From a virus, in the IMG/VR virus record IMGVR_UViG_3300021961_010841, positions 4,343 through 68,342 of that record: a stretch of DNA of 64,000 nt; one strand, 5' to 3'. Positions 48,876 through 58,089 of this stretch are shown here, piece after piece. The position numbers and the translations under genes are program-made. The notes beneath the pieces were generated by a model. It saw only the letters and a program-made list of their open reading frames with translations, was not told the DNA's origin and did not search any database. Positions within the stretch are counted from its first letter, which is position 1. Each line of letters starts with the position of its first letter.

Positions 48876-49387
48876 TAGATCATTTTAAGAGCAAGGGCAG
48901 TTGTTTCTTCAACCCTTCGAGTCCAACCTCTGCCAAATGTAGAGAATGTAGATAGTGACTCGTAATATTTTTGTCTGCCCATTTGGTACAGTTTGATCGT
49001 ATGCTCAACTCCTTGATCGTCCACATACTCTTTTAATTTTTGTAATGTTGCAGGACCTATGCCACCATCCGGTGTTGTCCCAATCATCTTTTGTAGATAT
49101 TTGGCAGCTCTGCCCGTTCCGGCGTTCACTCCAAAGTCGAAAACGCACAAGTCAAGACCTGCAGGCAAATGATCGCCTTTGACACGATCCCAGTAATTTT
49201 TCTTGTAGATGGGTGAAACATCTTCCACTGTTAGATCCTTCATGTCTTTGGTTCCGCCCCAATCCTCATACACTCTTTTGGTAACACCCAGGTTGGTCTC
49301 GCCACCTGGATCTTTGGGATGGTTAACATAACCACCCTCATGATGTAAAATTGTCTCTAAACATTTTTGCCAGTTTGTTGCCGCCAT
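48875..49387 (-). CDS. endolysin, glycoside hydrolase family 108
   Basis: HEGGYVNHPKDPGGETNLGVT, DGGIGPAT, FGRGWTRR. Confidence 0.93.
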   Translation of the reverse strand: MAATNWQKCLETILHHEGGYVNHPKDPGGETNLGVTKRVYEDWGGTKDMKDLTVEDVSPIYKKNYWDRVKGDHLPAGLDLCVFDFGVNAGTGRAAKYLQKMIGTTPDGGIGPATLQKLKEYVDDQGVEHTIKLYQMGRQKYYESLSTFSTFGRGWTRRVEETTALALKMI

Positions 49388-49388
49388 T

Positions 49389-50102
49389 TTAAAAATCCTT
49401 TGCTTTTAATATCATCACAGAATCATCATTGCTTACTTTGAAATCATCTTCGAATTTCACTACCTTGAAACCAGAACCCAACCATGAGTTTATGTACGAA
49501 CTCTGTGATTCCGATGAAGCATCTATCTTGTAAGTGCCATGACCATTTGTAGAATTAACTGCCTTGACTTCGAATATATGTTTGCTGTACATCTTGTTCA
49601 AAGTAAGAGTCTTGCCGTTTCTTTTGATGTTGTTAATTTTAGCAGATTCGAAAAATTTAGAAATGTCCTCGTCAACCGTGTCGCTGGTTAGGAATTCATA
49701 CTCGGAAGCATTGGTAGGAATCTGATTGGAAAGATTTTCCACATTCAACTTGTGTGTGTCTTCGTTTTTGTAAAATGAGAATTTCCATGGTAGCATACCT
49801 GTGACTTGTTCGATGTCACGTGCCAACTTCACAATGTTGCTTGGTAGTTCTTCATTTCTTTCTACTTCCACGAATATGTCAAAGCTTCCATTTTTATTTT
49901 TGGATGGTGAATGGTCTGCATCTAAAACAAATTTGTATCCGCTTTCGATGAATGACACGAGATCCTTTGCTACATCCTTGTTTGTGGATTCCAAACGTAG
50001 CACACTGACTTCACTGTCTCTACCCAACTTTGCTTGGTGCGAATCCACAGCGATAAACGGTTGGATGAAGTCCTTCATTTCCTGGTGTAGTACGCTTTTC
50101 AT
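49389..50102 (-). CDS. hypothetical protein
   Basis: About 237-aa ORF in operon. Confidence 0.7.
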   Translation of the reverse strand: MKSVLHQEMKDFIQPFIAVDSHQAKLGRDSEVSVLRLESTNKDVAKDLVSFIESGYKFVLDADHSPSKNKNGSFDIFVEVERNEELPSNIVKLARDIEQVTGMLPWKFSFYKNEDTHKLNVENLSNQIPTNASEYEFLTSDTVDEDISKFFESAKINNIKRNGKTLTLNKMYSKHIFEVKAVNSTNGHGTYKIDASSESQSSYINSWLGSGFKVVKFEDDFKVSNDDSVMILKAKDF

Positions 50103-50104
50103 TT

Positions 50105-51265
50105 TCAAATCCTAATGTGCTGTTGCCAATCCAGATTTCTGATAGACCCCAGCATTGTAAGATATTTAGTTAATTTTTCATTGAGCATGTCCAATTTATC
50201 CTGTTCAACAGAACTATTATCTATTGCTTTTTTTACAGAGTGCACCACAGAGCATTTATGATCTTTGGTTGGATATTTGGCGCAGGTATCATGATACACC
50301 TGCTTTGACTCTTCTGAACACAGATATGGCCTTAGATATTCAGGCTCCCAAACCAAGTTTATGTCCCATTCGAATATGTCATGATTATGGTCGATCCAAT
50401 CTGCTATCTCTCCTATGTTATGCACGTTCATCGCATGTAGAGTTGTTTTGACGGAAACAGCGGAATTGGTCAGTTCGTTGCACTTCTTGATGTTATCGCA
50501 AATATTGGACCATTTAGACGGCCAACGCACGAACTCATTAACTTTGCCCACTCCATCCACAGAAAAATCAAACCAAACTGATTGGAAATCCTTGACGCTG
50601 TCGAGCAGGCTCTGAGGAACTTTGAATCCATTAGTTGTCAATTTTAAATCGATGTTTGTAGTGTACTCTCTGAGATATGATAAAAATTTTCTCAAGTATC
50701 CGTTGACTGTGGGTTCGCCACCGGTGAATCTGATCAATCTAGCATTAGAAGCGAACTTGGCCAGTTCCTGCATTTTTTCTTCACGTTCGAACCAAGGTGT
50801 TTGTCCACTGTATAATTTTTCTTTGGTCGCTTCGAATCCGTATGATTCGATAGTATCGAAGTTCTCTGCAGATTCCGATTCGAGCAGACTGGAACAAGCA
50901 GGACCGCACATCACACAACCGAGATTGCACTTGTTGCCAAACTTTATTTCCATGTCGTGTATGCGGAATGAGTTGCTCATGGCATATCTTCTATTGCCCG
51001 CTTCGAACAAAGTATCTCTACCAGACTTTACTTCGTTGATGCAATCACTACACCCACCCTTAGGAAACTGATCGTTAATCATGTTGGATTGCAACACAGA
51101 TAAGAATTTAGAATCTATATAATCTTGTATGGAGGAATCATTAAAATTTATTATATCATTTTCGCCGTAATGATCTTCCCATTCTTCGAAACGCCATGAA
51201 CAGCAAGGTCTGATGCGACCTCGTTGGTCCACTGACACGTGTCTAAAAGGCCAAAGGCAAAGCAT
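50105..51265 (-). CDS. radical SAM protein with N-terminal SPASM/twitch domain
   Basis: CLWPF...RPCC...CSDC, then CNLGCVMC, TGGEP, TTNG, SVDG. Confidence 0.88.
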   Translation of the reverse strand: MLCLWPFRHVSVDQRGRIRPCCSWRFEEWEDHYGENDIINFNDSSIQDYIDSKFLSVLQSNMINDQFPKGGCSDCINEVKSGRDTLFEAGNRRYAMSNSFRIHDMEIKFGNKCNLGCVMCGPACSSLLESESAENFDTIESYGFEATKEKLYSGQTPWFEREEKMQELAKFASNARLIRFTGGEPTVNGYLRKFLSYLREYTTNIDLKLTTNGFKVPQSLLDSVKDFQSVWFDFSVDGVGKVNEFVRWPSKWSNICDNIKKCNELTNSAVSVKTTLHAMNVHNIGEIADWIDHNHDIFEWDINLVWEPEYLRPYLCSEESKQVYHDTCAKYPTKDHKCSVVHSVKKAIDNSSVEQDKLDMLNEKLTKYLTMLGSIRNLDWQQHIRI

Positions 51266-51741
51266 TATAATTCTACAGCGTCTTGAGGAGATTGATCAAC
51301 TTGCATTCCTGAAACTGTTTTAGTTTTTTCAGTTTCGTTGTTAAAGTCTTCTATCACAGTTTTTGGGATAGATACCTTAACAAGCCATACAGGAATTTCA
51401 TCTAATTTTGCTTTCCTTGTGCCAGGACGATAATCATCATAGGACTTAATTTTGCGTGGTGTGAGTTTGATATCTTTCTTGAACTCAACTTTGGCACCCA
51501 AATTGGTAAGTCTCAAAGCACCCTCTGGATCCGGCATTTTGTCTGCTTCCCACATGAATGTTGCTTCTGTGGTATATTTTGTTTGGTGCGGACCGTCTAC
51601 TATTTCTCCCAGATTCCAGTTTTGATAAGCATATAGATTGACGTCATCCATAACTTTCTCCATGCCAACCAGCGAGTTAATCACGTTGTCTGAAGCATAG
51701 ATTTTTTTGATATTACGGATTACATCAAGTGTGTCAATCAT
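51265..51741 (-). CDS. late hypothetical protein
   Basis: TAAATA at 51749-51754 supports start at ATG 51741; MPDPEGALRL. Confidence 0.7.
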   Translation of the reverse strand: MIDTLDVIRNIKKIYASDNVINSLVGMEKVMDDVNLYAYQNWNLGEIVDGPHQTKYTTEATFMWEADKMPDPEGALRLTNLGAKVEFKKDIKLTPRKIKSYDDYRPGTRKAKLDEIPVWLVKVSIPKTVIEDFNNETEKTKTVSGMQVDQSPQDAVEL

Positions 51742-51868
51742 AGTCAAGTATTTATTCATATTAATTTTGTTAACAACTTTTTTATTATAGCACAATTTAA
51801 CGCTAATCACAATCGATCTAAATATTTGTGTATGCATTCGCATAGTCCTATACAGATCGGAGATATTA

Positions 51869-52555
51869 ATGAAACACAAAACTGTACTATCATTTGACGA
51901 CCTTCGTGACGATTTTTCACGATACGAAGTACGACCAAGGTCAGCAAACCAGCACAAGTACTGGAATTTGCTCAAAGACGATAAAAAGTCAATTGTTATC
52001 GCTCATGGCCCTGCAGGGTGCGGAAAAACGCTTTTAGCCACCCAAAATGGCATAGATCTACTCAAACTGCAGAAGATAGAAAAGATAGTTATAACCCGTC
52101 CTGTGGTAGGTGCAGATGAAGATATTGGTTTTTTACCTGGTTCATTACAGCGTAAAATGGAGCCATGGACCAGACCATTGATAGACATATTCCACAAAAA
52201 TTACACCGTTAATAGGGTGCAAAAGATGGTGAGAGAAGAACAGATAGAAATCGCTCCGTTGGCATTCATGCGTGGTAGAACATTTGAGAATTCATACATC
52301 ATAGCAGATGAAATGCAAAACACCACAGTCAATCAATTCAAGATGTTGCTGACAAGAATTGGAGAAGGTTCCAAACTGGTGATCACCGGTGACCTTGATC
52401 AAACAGATCGAGGCAAGGACAACGGTATGGCCGATTTCCTACACAAATTGTGGAGAAGCCAAGCTCATCATATCTGCAACGTTCAGTTAGTGGGCGAGGA
52501 CATAGTCAGGCACAAAGCAGTGACTGAAGCTCTTAAGATCTACGATGAAGCTTGA
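51869..52555 (+). CDS. phoH: PhoH-family protein
   Basis: GPAGCGKT, GFLPG, FMRGRTF, DEMQN, TRIGEG, GDLDQ. Confidence 0.95.
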   Translation: MKHKTVLSFDDLRDDFSRYEVRPRSANQHKYWNLLKDDKKSIVIAHGPAGCGKTLLATQNGIDLLKLQKIEKIVITRPVVGADEDIGFLPGSLQRKMEPWTRPLIDIFHKNYTVNRVQKMVREEQIEIAPLAFMRGRTFENSYIIADEMQNTTVNQFKMLLTRIGEGSKLVITGDLDQTDRGKDNGMADFLHKLWRSQAHHICNVQLVGEDIVRHKAVTEALKIYDEA

Positions 52556-52845
52556 TCAAAAGTCTTAGAGACTTGATCCATATGGTCTTTGTATGCTTTG
52601 TAAAAATATTGATAGGACTGATCAAATGTAAGTTTAGGATCTAAACGATTCTGCACAATGACTTTGTCTTTAAGATCCAGGATGATGGATGCTGATTGAT
52701 CTTTTGCTCTTATCTTGGAATCGAAGGATATCTGTTCATCATACTGCACATTTGCGGGGTCCTTGTTCCAGCCAGGCACAGATGTTATTCCTGGTTTCAC
52801 CGGAACCATGTAGTAATGACAGATCAAATACTTAATTTGAGCCAT
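52540..52845 (-). CDS. hypothetical protein
   Basis: 101-aa ORF coupled to the clamp loader. Confidence 0.65.
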   Translation of the reverse strand: MAQIKYLICHYYMVPVKPGITSVPGWNKDPANVQYDEQISFDSKIRAKDQSASIILDLKDKVIVQNRLDPKLTFDQSYQYFYKAYKDHMDQVSKTFDQASS

Positions 52846-53764
52846 TGCGTATCCTTGCTAATTTGATAAGAACTGCTGACAAATTGATTTCTGCTTCTGC
52901 TACAAATGAATGATCCACAATACCTTGTTTGATAACAAGTGTGGCCTCATCCTGTTGATCCTCTGTGTCGCCAAATATTTCAATGTTGTCGTACATCCAA
53001 CGATAGATGTCTTCCATCTCTTCTGGGCGTGCCTGTGAACACAATAATTTTCTTGCTTCTGTGATCTTGCCCTGTTTGAACAGTTCAACCATCTCTATTC
53101 TGTAATCTTGTTCACCCACATCTGCCACATTTGGTGCTTGTAGTTTGGCATCCGCAGAATTCATTTGCAGTGTGTTGATGCATTTTCTTAGATCAGGATA
53201 CGTTGCCTTGACGTATGTGTCCAGCGTGTCCAAATCAAACTCAACGCCTTCTTCCACCAATATCTCCGCCGCACGAGCAGTGAACTCTGTCTTGTCTATC
53301 TTTTCGATGTGGAAGCCTTGGCATCTCGAGTGCAGTGCAGGAATCACTCTGTTGGGATAGTTGCAAGTGAGTATGAAACGAGCAGATTGATGATACATCT
53401 CCATCACACCTCTCAGTGCCGCTTGTCCGTTGGGTGAAATGTAATCCGCCTCATCCAACAGCACAACTTTGAATTCGCCGAATGGCATGGTTTGCACAAA
53501 GTTTGTGATTTTATCTCTAATCACGTCCACAGAGTTTTCTCTTGAAGCATTTATCTCAAGTATGTCTGTGCCGATCACTTCCAACAAGTTCAGCAGTATC
53601 TTTGCCAGCGTGGTCTTGCCCACACCCGGAGCACCCGAAAATAATAGATGTGGAATTGATTTTGATTTGACCCACTGCTCTACTTGTTTTTTCTGTGCTT
53701 CATCACGAAACACATATCCCTGCAGTGTGTTAGGACGATGTTTTTCTACCCAAAGTGTGTTCAT
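52832..53764 (-). CDS. clamp loader ATPase subunit (gp44/RFC-like)
   Basis: LWVEKHRP, GAPGVGKT, INAS, LDEAD, SRC. Confidence 0.93.
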   Translation of the reverse strand: MNTLWVEKHRPNTLQGYVFRDEAQKKQVEQWVKSKSIPHLLFSGAPGVGKTTLAKILLNLLEVIGTDILEINASRENSVDVIRDKITNFVQTMPFGEFKVVLLDEADYISPNGQAALRGVMEMYHQSARFILTCNYPNRVIPALHSRCQGFHIEKIDKTEFTARAAEILVEEGVEFDLDTLDTYVKATYPDLRKCINTLQMNSADAKLQAPNVADVGEQDYRIEMVELFKQGKITEARKLLCSQARPEEMEDIYRWMYDNIEIFGDTEDQQDEATLVIKQGIVDHSFVAEAEINLSAVLIKLARIRNGSN

Positions 53765-53776
53765 GTTGTTATTATA

Positions 53777-54502
53777 CTATAAAATTTTGGATAACACAAA
53801 TGGTTTTATGAATTCGTTATAGGCAATCTCTGCTCCATAATAGTTGAGATGTTTGTCATCGGAAAGATATTTCTTTACAAAAATTTCATATCCAAATTTT
53901 TCTGTAAGGAAATCATACAAACTTTCCTCTAAATTACAGTTGTTTGTTCTTTGTTGGTAAAAAGAAAAATATACAAATTTATCAAACACATTATCATACA
54001 GGTGTAGTGTTTCATTGAACAGGTCTGAGTACATGCTAGAAAGTTGGGAAGGTCCCCACCAGTTACCTTTGCCCACTTTGGACTCGTAAAAATCTGGGTT
54101 AGGACTGTTGGGAGCCAGTTTGATGTGGATGTTAAAATTTCCGGTCATAGCTACTGTATTAAGTTTCAACCTATATTGAGTAAGATTATCAGCATACCGA
54201 TCTGTGTGCCAAAAACTTTCACCTACTGGCAATGCTCGTGAGGCCAAAGGCATGTACCATCTTGAGTTATCTGTGAGTTGCAACAGCGTGTTCTTGTATC
54301 CTTGGGTGACGAGATGTTTCAGCACAGTGTCAAAGTACACTGCACCATTGCCTCCCGAAGCATATGTGTCAAAATGTACATGGGGATAATCTTGCACCGC
54401 AAACCATAACCAGCTGTAAGTTTGATTAGGATCATCAGGAACCGGATGAAAGCATGGATACAGATCTGTAAAACTACAACCAACCACAGCTAATTTTTTC
54501 AT
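53777..54502 (-). CDS. SGNH-like protein
   Basis: VGCSFT, ASGGNG, DDKHLN; start at ATG 54502. Confidence 0.62.
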   Translation of the reverse strand: MKKLAVVGCSFTDLYPCFHPVPDDPNQTYSWLWFAVQDYPHVHFDTYASGGNGAVYFDTVLKHLVTQGYKNTLLQLTDNSRWYMPLASRALPVGESFWHTDRYADNLTQYRLKLNTVAMTGNFNIHIKLAPNSPNPDFYESKVGKGNWWGPSQLSSMYSDLFNETLHLYDNVFDKFVYFSFYQQRTNNCNLEESLYDFLTEKFGYEIFVKKYLSDDKHLNYYGAEIAYNEFIKPFVLSKIL

Positions 54503-55416
54503 GCCAATGTTCCTTTTACTTTTTTTCCTATCACTGTATCTATGCAGTGTTGCCAATCTTCCGAGTCGAAGTATCCGCCTTCAGAAACTCTGTAATAGTT
54601 TTTCATAAACCATGTTGGTCCTTCGATCCAAAGTTCACTTTTATCTATGTGCTGTCTGTAGGTTTCGTCATACAAATAATGCTTGACAAAATTTGGCCTG
54701 TTTACATTTAACAACAACAGTTTGACCCCCAATGATGCACAGGTGTTAATTATGTTTAACACATTGTTTAGATATAATATTACGTCTGTATCGCTTTCGT
54801 CCATAAACATAGAATAAAAATAAAAATACTTGTTGACTAAGTCTAAATTTTCTTCAGAGCCTAAAACATTTTTCAAACGTTCAAATTTAAAATTTACATT
54901 TTTTCTTTCATGATCTCCCATATCAAGATCTTGCATAAATGATTGGAATTCGTTTGTGATATGACCTTTGAATAAATCTTTATTTGATTTATCTGAAAGA
55001 TAATGATCTAATGCTTCCTGTTTGGATATACTAATTCTGTTTGGCCAAATATAAGGTTCTCCTTTACTCCAATCTTTGGTCAGCACTCGTTGCCTTGAGT
55101 ATATGGGATGATAATCTTCTTTTTGATTGATGTAATCTCCTGTGATGGCAGAACTTATTTCTGCATCTATTTTATCCATGATAGGCAGTTCTACTATAAA
55201 AAGTTCGGGTTTAAATTCATTGTAGAAATTTAAGATCTTATAGGGGAAATAATTTATCGAGAAAGCACTTTCGCCACCGTTGTACACATAATTTTCTATG
55301 CCTTGATCTTCCAGCCATTTGCTGAGCAATCCCGGCCAAGTTTGGTCGAACTCGTAGCGAGTAGTTTTCTGGCCACCGAAGGTGTGCATGGTGCCCAAAC
55401 AAACTATTTTGTGCAT
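54499..55416 (-). CDS. degenerate SGNH-like protein
   Basis: IVCLGTMHTFG...TWPGLL...NGG. Confidence 0.5.
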   Translation of the reverse strand: MHKIVCLGTMHTFGGQKTTRYEFDQTWPGLLSKWLEDQGIENYVYNGGESAFSINYFPYKILNFYNEFKPELFIVELPIMDKIDAEISSAITGDYINQKEDYHPIYSRQRVLTKDWSKGEPYIWPNRISISKQEALDHYLSDKSNKDLFKGHITNEFQSFMQDLDMGDHERKNVNFKFERLKNVLGSEENLDLVNKYFYFYSMFMDESDTDVILYLNNVLNIINTCASLGVKLLLLNVNRPNFVKHYLYDETYRQHIDKSELWIEGPTWFMKNYYRVSEGGYFDSEDWQHCIDTVIGKKVKGTLA

Positions 55417-55766
55417 TATTTTTTGTAAGGCGCTGTTACTGTGTTTGCTTCTGGTTCTTGGTCTGATGTGAGCAGGATGTCGTTTTCATCGATCATTCGC
55501 ACATCAAGATCTTTGCTGTCAGTTTCTAATGTGATATGACGGGTCCAACGACCGTGTGCAACCAGCACCCATTCTCCGATGTGAACATCTTTTTGATCAG
55601 GACCAACCGCATACACTTTTGCCCATCGAGGGTGTGTTCCGTCTGCCTTGCCATCATCATCTAATAGTATCACGCCGCCCTTGGTCTTGACGTCGCCGAA
55701 GTGCATGTCTGATACCAACACTCTTTTTTTCAAGGGTGTTATTTTTCCTTTGATCCTACTGGGCAT
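55416..55766 (-). CDS. groES: GroES-like co-chaperonin
   Basis: TPLKKRVLV, KTKGGVIL, VYAVGP, ENDIL. Confidence 0.85.
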   Translation of the reverse strand: MPSRIKGKITPLKKRVLVSDMHFGDVKTKGGVILLDDDGKADGTHPRWAKVYAVGPDQKDVHIGEWVLVAHGRWTRHITLETDSKDLDVRMIDENDILLTSDQEPEANTVTAPYKK

Positions 55767-55898
55767 ATATTCTCCTTATCGCTGATGCAATATTAGGATA
55801 TAGAAATTTTGACATGTTGTCAAGTTTTTTCAAGTCAGTGTTATCGTACACCAACTTGGTGACAACTTTTATCTTGTAAGGTTTGTTATCTTCGGACA

Positions 55899-56078
55899 TT
55901 ACTTCTGGTCACGTGACTTGACTATTTTTCCGCCCTTGCCCAATGTGTCTCCACGAGCATTAGTTTTAGTGTTACCAACTGCTATCGATTTTTCATTTTT
56001 TGTTCTCAGCGAATCGAAATCAATTGGTTTACCTTGCATGGTGTAGTGTATTTTCTTACCTGGTGCTTTTGCTGGCAT
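55899..56078 (-). CDS. small basic protein (59 aa), missing from the ORF track
   Basis: MPAKAPGKKIHYTMQGKPIDFDSLRTKNEKSIAVGNTKTNARGDTLGKGGKIVKSRDQK; AGGAGA RBS. Confidence 0.7.
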   Translation of the reverse strand: MPAKAPGKKIHYTMQGKPIDFDSLRTKNEKSIAVGNTKTNARGDTLGKGGKIVKSRDQK

Positions 56079-56087
56079 TGTGTTCTC

Positions 56088-56627
56088 CTATCTTAAAAAT
56101 TCTTCGTAGTTCAATTTGTATTTAACCGGGTCTACAGCATGGACCCCCAAAAGATAGAGTGTCAAACTGCTGACAGATGATCCTCTACCCACTCCTGTGA
56201 CTATATCCTTTTCCTTACAGACCGCCATCAAATAGTTGAGGAATTTCCATAACAGTAAAGAACTCTGTGGTGACATCACTTTGCCCCACGCTTCGATCTC
56301 GCCCACAAGATAATTCACGTATTCCTGTGTGTTCAGAGACCTTCTTTCCAATTCCGTGCCGAAGAATTTTATTGGATCGAAGTCCATGTACTGCTTGGGC
56401 ATCTTCCATTGAAAATTTCGTTGTTGATGATACTGGATGAGATCCTGTTCGGGCTTGTTGATGATTTCAACTGGTTGTAATTCGAACCGAGCACAATGCT
56501 CGTTCCATTTTGCTACTTCATCTATGCTCTCCATGAATCCCAACACGGTTTGCCATTCTTGGGAATAGATCTTTTGGATTATTTCTTCAGTTCCAAATGC
56601 TACCTGTCCATACTCATTCACGTTCAT
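56088..56627 (-). CDS. short DNA polymerase III alpha (DnaE)-like fragment
   Basis: GVGRGSSVSSLTLYLLGVHAVDPVKYKLNYEEFL matches the DnaE GxGRGS...DP...L.FERFL block. Confidence 0.75.
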   Translation of the reverse strand: MNVNEYGQVAFGTEEIIQKIYSQEWQTVLGFMESIDEVAKWNEHCARFELQPVEIINKPEQDLIQYHQQRNFQWKMPKQYMDFDPIKFFGTELERRSLNTQEYVNYLVGEIEAWGKVMSPQSSLLLWKFLNYLMAVCKEKDIVTGVGRGSSVSSLTLYLLGVHAVDPVKYKLNYEEFLR

Positions 56628-57183
56628 TTTTCTTGCCCTGTATCACGGTTAGATGTGATCTTATGTTGTTTATTGTAAAACCAATTTCTTCCCATGTCAA
56701 CCTATCTTTTTCGAAGTTGGTAAAATTTGGTTGTGGATCATTCCACCATTGGCTTTTGTCGGTTGGCACGAACTCCCATTCGGGCGAATCCTGTGTGATG
56801 TTGAACCGCAGATTTTCTCCCTGCCATGATTCTATTTGCAAACCATCTATTTTCAAGACATCGCCGCCTATGGTGTTCAATTTGGCGTACAAACAAGTGC
56901 CCGTCATTTGATCCACGGGTCTCACCGGAAAGTCTATCACATAGTTGGCATAATCCTTGAACATGTTGTACTCTTTCTCCTTGTTGCCGATGAATATGGA
57001 ATTCTGCAAAATTTTATTGAAGCAGTATTTGTATTTTTCGAAGGTAATATTTTGTTTGTCGGGATCGTCTGAGTTGGGGGACAGGTGAAGAGTAACGCTG
57101 GTTTCATTGGGCCACAGCTTACCAGCCAACAACACCGTGTTGGTAAATCTCGTGCTCCATTGGATTCCGTCTTCTAAGTACAT
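56614..57183 (-). CDS. hypothetical protein
   Basis: 189-aa ORF; TATAAT upstream. Confidence 0.7.
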   Translation of the reverse strand: MYLEDGIQWSTRFTNTVLLAGKLWPNETSVTLHLSPNSDDPDKQNITFEKYKYCFNKILQNSIFIGNKEKEYNMFKDYANYVIDFPVRPVDQMTGTCLYAKLNTIGGDVLKIDGLQIESWQGENLRFNITQDSPEWEFVPTDKSQWWNDPQPNFTNFEKDRLTWEEIGFTINNIRSHLTVIQGKKNERE

Positions 57184-57247
57184 TGGAATTTATTAGATTT
57201 CATTCATATATTATACAAATTTTTTGGAAAAAGAACAACAAAAGAGT

Positions 57248-57484
57248 TTAGTTGACGTTTATCAAGTCATCGAATTGATCATCGTCCGATTGTTTTTTCT
57301 TGGCTTCGATCATTTTCCTTTTTTCAACTTCTAACTGCAAGGTGTTGTTGATTGCGATCAGTTGATGATAGTAGTTTTCGTTCTGCATGCGAGATGCTTG
57401 ATTAATCTTTGTGATTACTTCTTTGACCTTAGATTCTAATTCTTGATCTGAAAGTCCTCTGGGGTCTAAAGTGGGGTGAAACAT
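57248..57484 (-). CDS. hypothetical helical protein
   Basis: MFHP..., coupled to upstream gene. Confidence 0.7.
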   Translation of the reverse strand: MFHPTLDPRGLSDQELESKVKEVITKINQASRMQNENYYHQLIAINNTLQLEVEKRKMIEAKKKQSDDDQFDDLINVN

Positions 57485-58068
57485 TATCCAGCGTAATCGT
57501 ATTCTTCAGGGTTAGACATGAATATTGTAGTTCCGCTGTCTACTGTGAAGAAGTCGAATACGAAGGTAGATTTCCTTGCTGGAAATGTATATGCTGTTGA
57601 ATCGTCTGCACCATCGCCCATTGAGTATGGCATTTTAACTGCCGCAGGCATAGTTATGGTGTGTGAGTCAACTGCTCTGTGCATGATCACTTTGATCTTC
57701 ACAGCAACATCTGTGGTGCCATCATCTTCTTTGGGAAAGTTTGAAAAAGAAAATGTCGTGTTGCCGGCAGTTGTCAGAGTGACAACATTTCCATTGTTAA
57801 GATCGATAGCGGCAGATGTAACTGCACCTAAAGCCTTGACTTTCTGTGACCAGTCTATGAGATTGGCTTGTCCAACATCATGACCATTGAAACTTGTTGT
57901 TGCATTTGTTGATGCTTTGTTTGATTGCAGTGAAGTTATTTCTGTGCCTGCTGTGGTAAGTTGAGTCTTGATCTGACTGAAATTATCTCTAAACCCTTGC
58001 GAGTCATTGTCTTGTCCTGCTACTGGATATGTAGCATCTATGTTTGTAACTGATATTGCACTTGCCAT
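57484..58068 (-). CDS. virion structural protein
   Basis: YPVAGQDNDSQGFRDNF N-terminus; late box at 58087-58092. Confidence 0.7.
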   Translation of the reverse strand: MASAISVTNIDATYPVAGQDNDSQGFRDNFSQIKTQLTTAGTEITSLQSNKASTNATTSFNGHDVGQANLIDWSQKVKALGAVTSAAIDLNNGNVVTLTTAGNTTFSFSNFPKEDDGTTDVAVKIKVIMHRAVDSHTITMPAAVKMPYSMGDGADDSTAYTFPARKSTFVFDFFTVDSGTTIFMSNPEEYDYAG

Positions 58069-58089
58069 TTTGTATTACCTTCTGAGTAT

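Noticed and set aside
51742-51975. Long N-terminal extensions given by the ORF track (also 4179..5327, 5745..6260, 14158..14481, 19774..21624, 34701..35276)
   Set aside because: They overlap neighbouring genes; downstream ATGs fit coupling or promoter spacing better
55756-55899. 47-aa ORF MSEDNKPYKIK... upstream of groES
   Set aside because: Coupled start makes it plausible, but it spans a promoter-like sequence and has no recognisable motif
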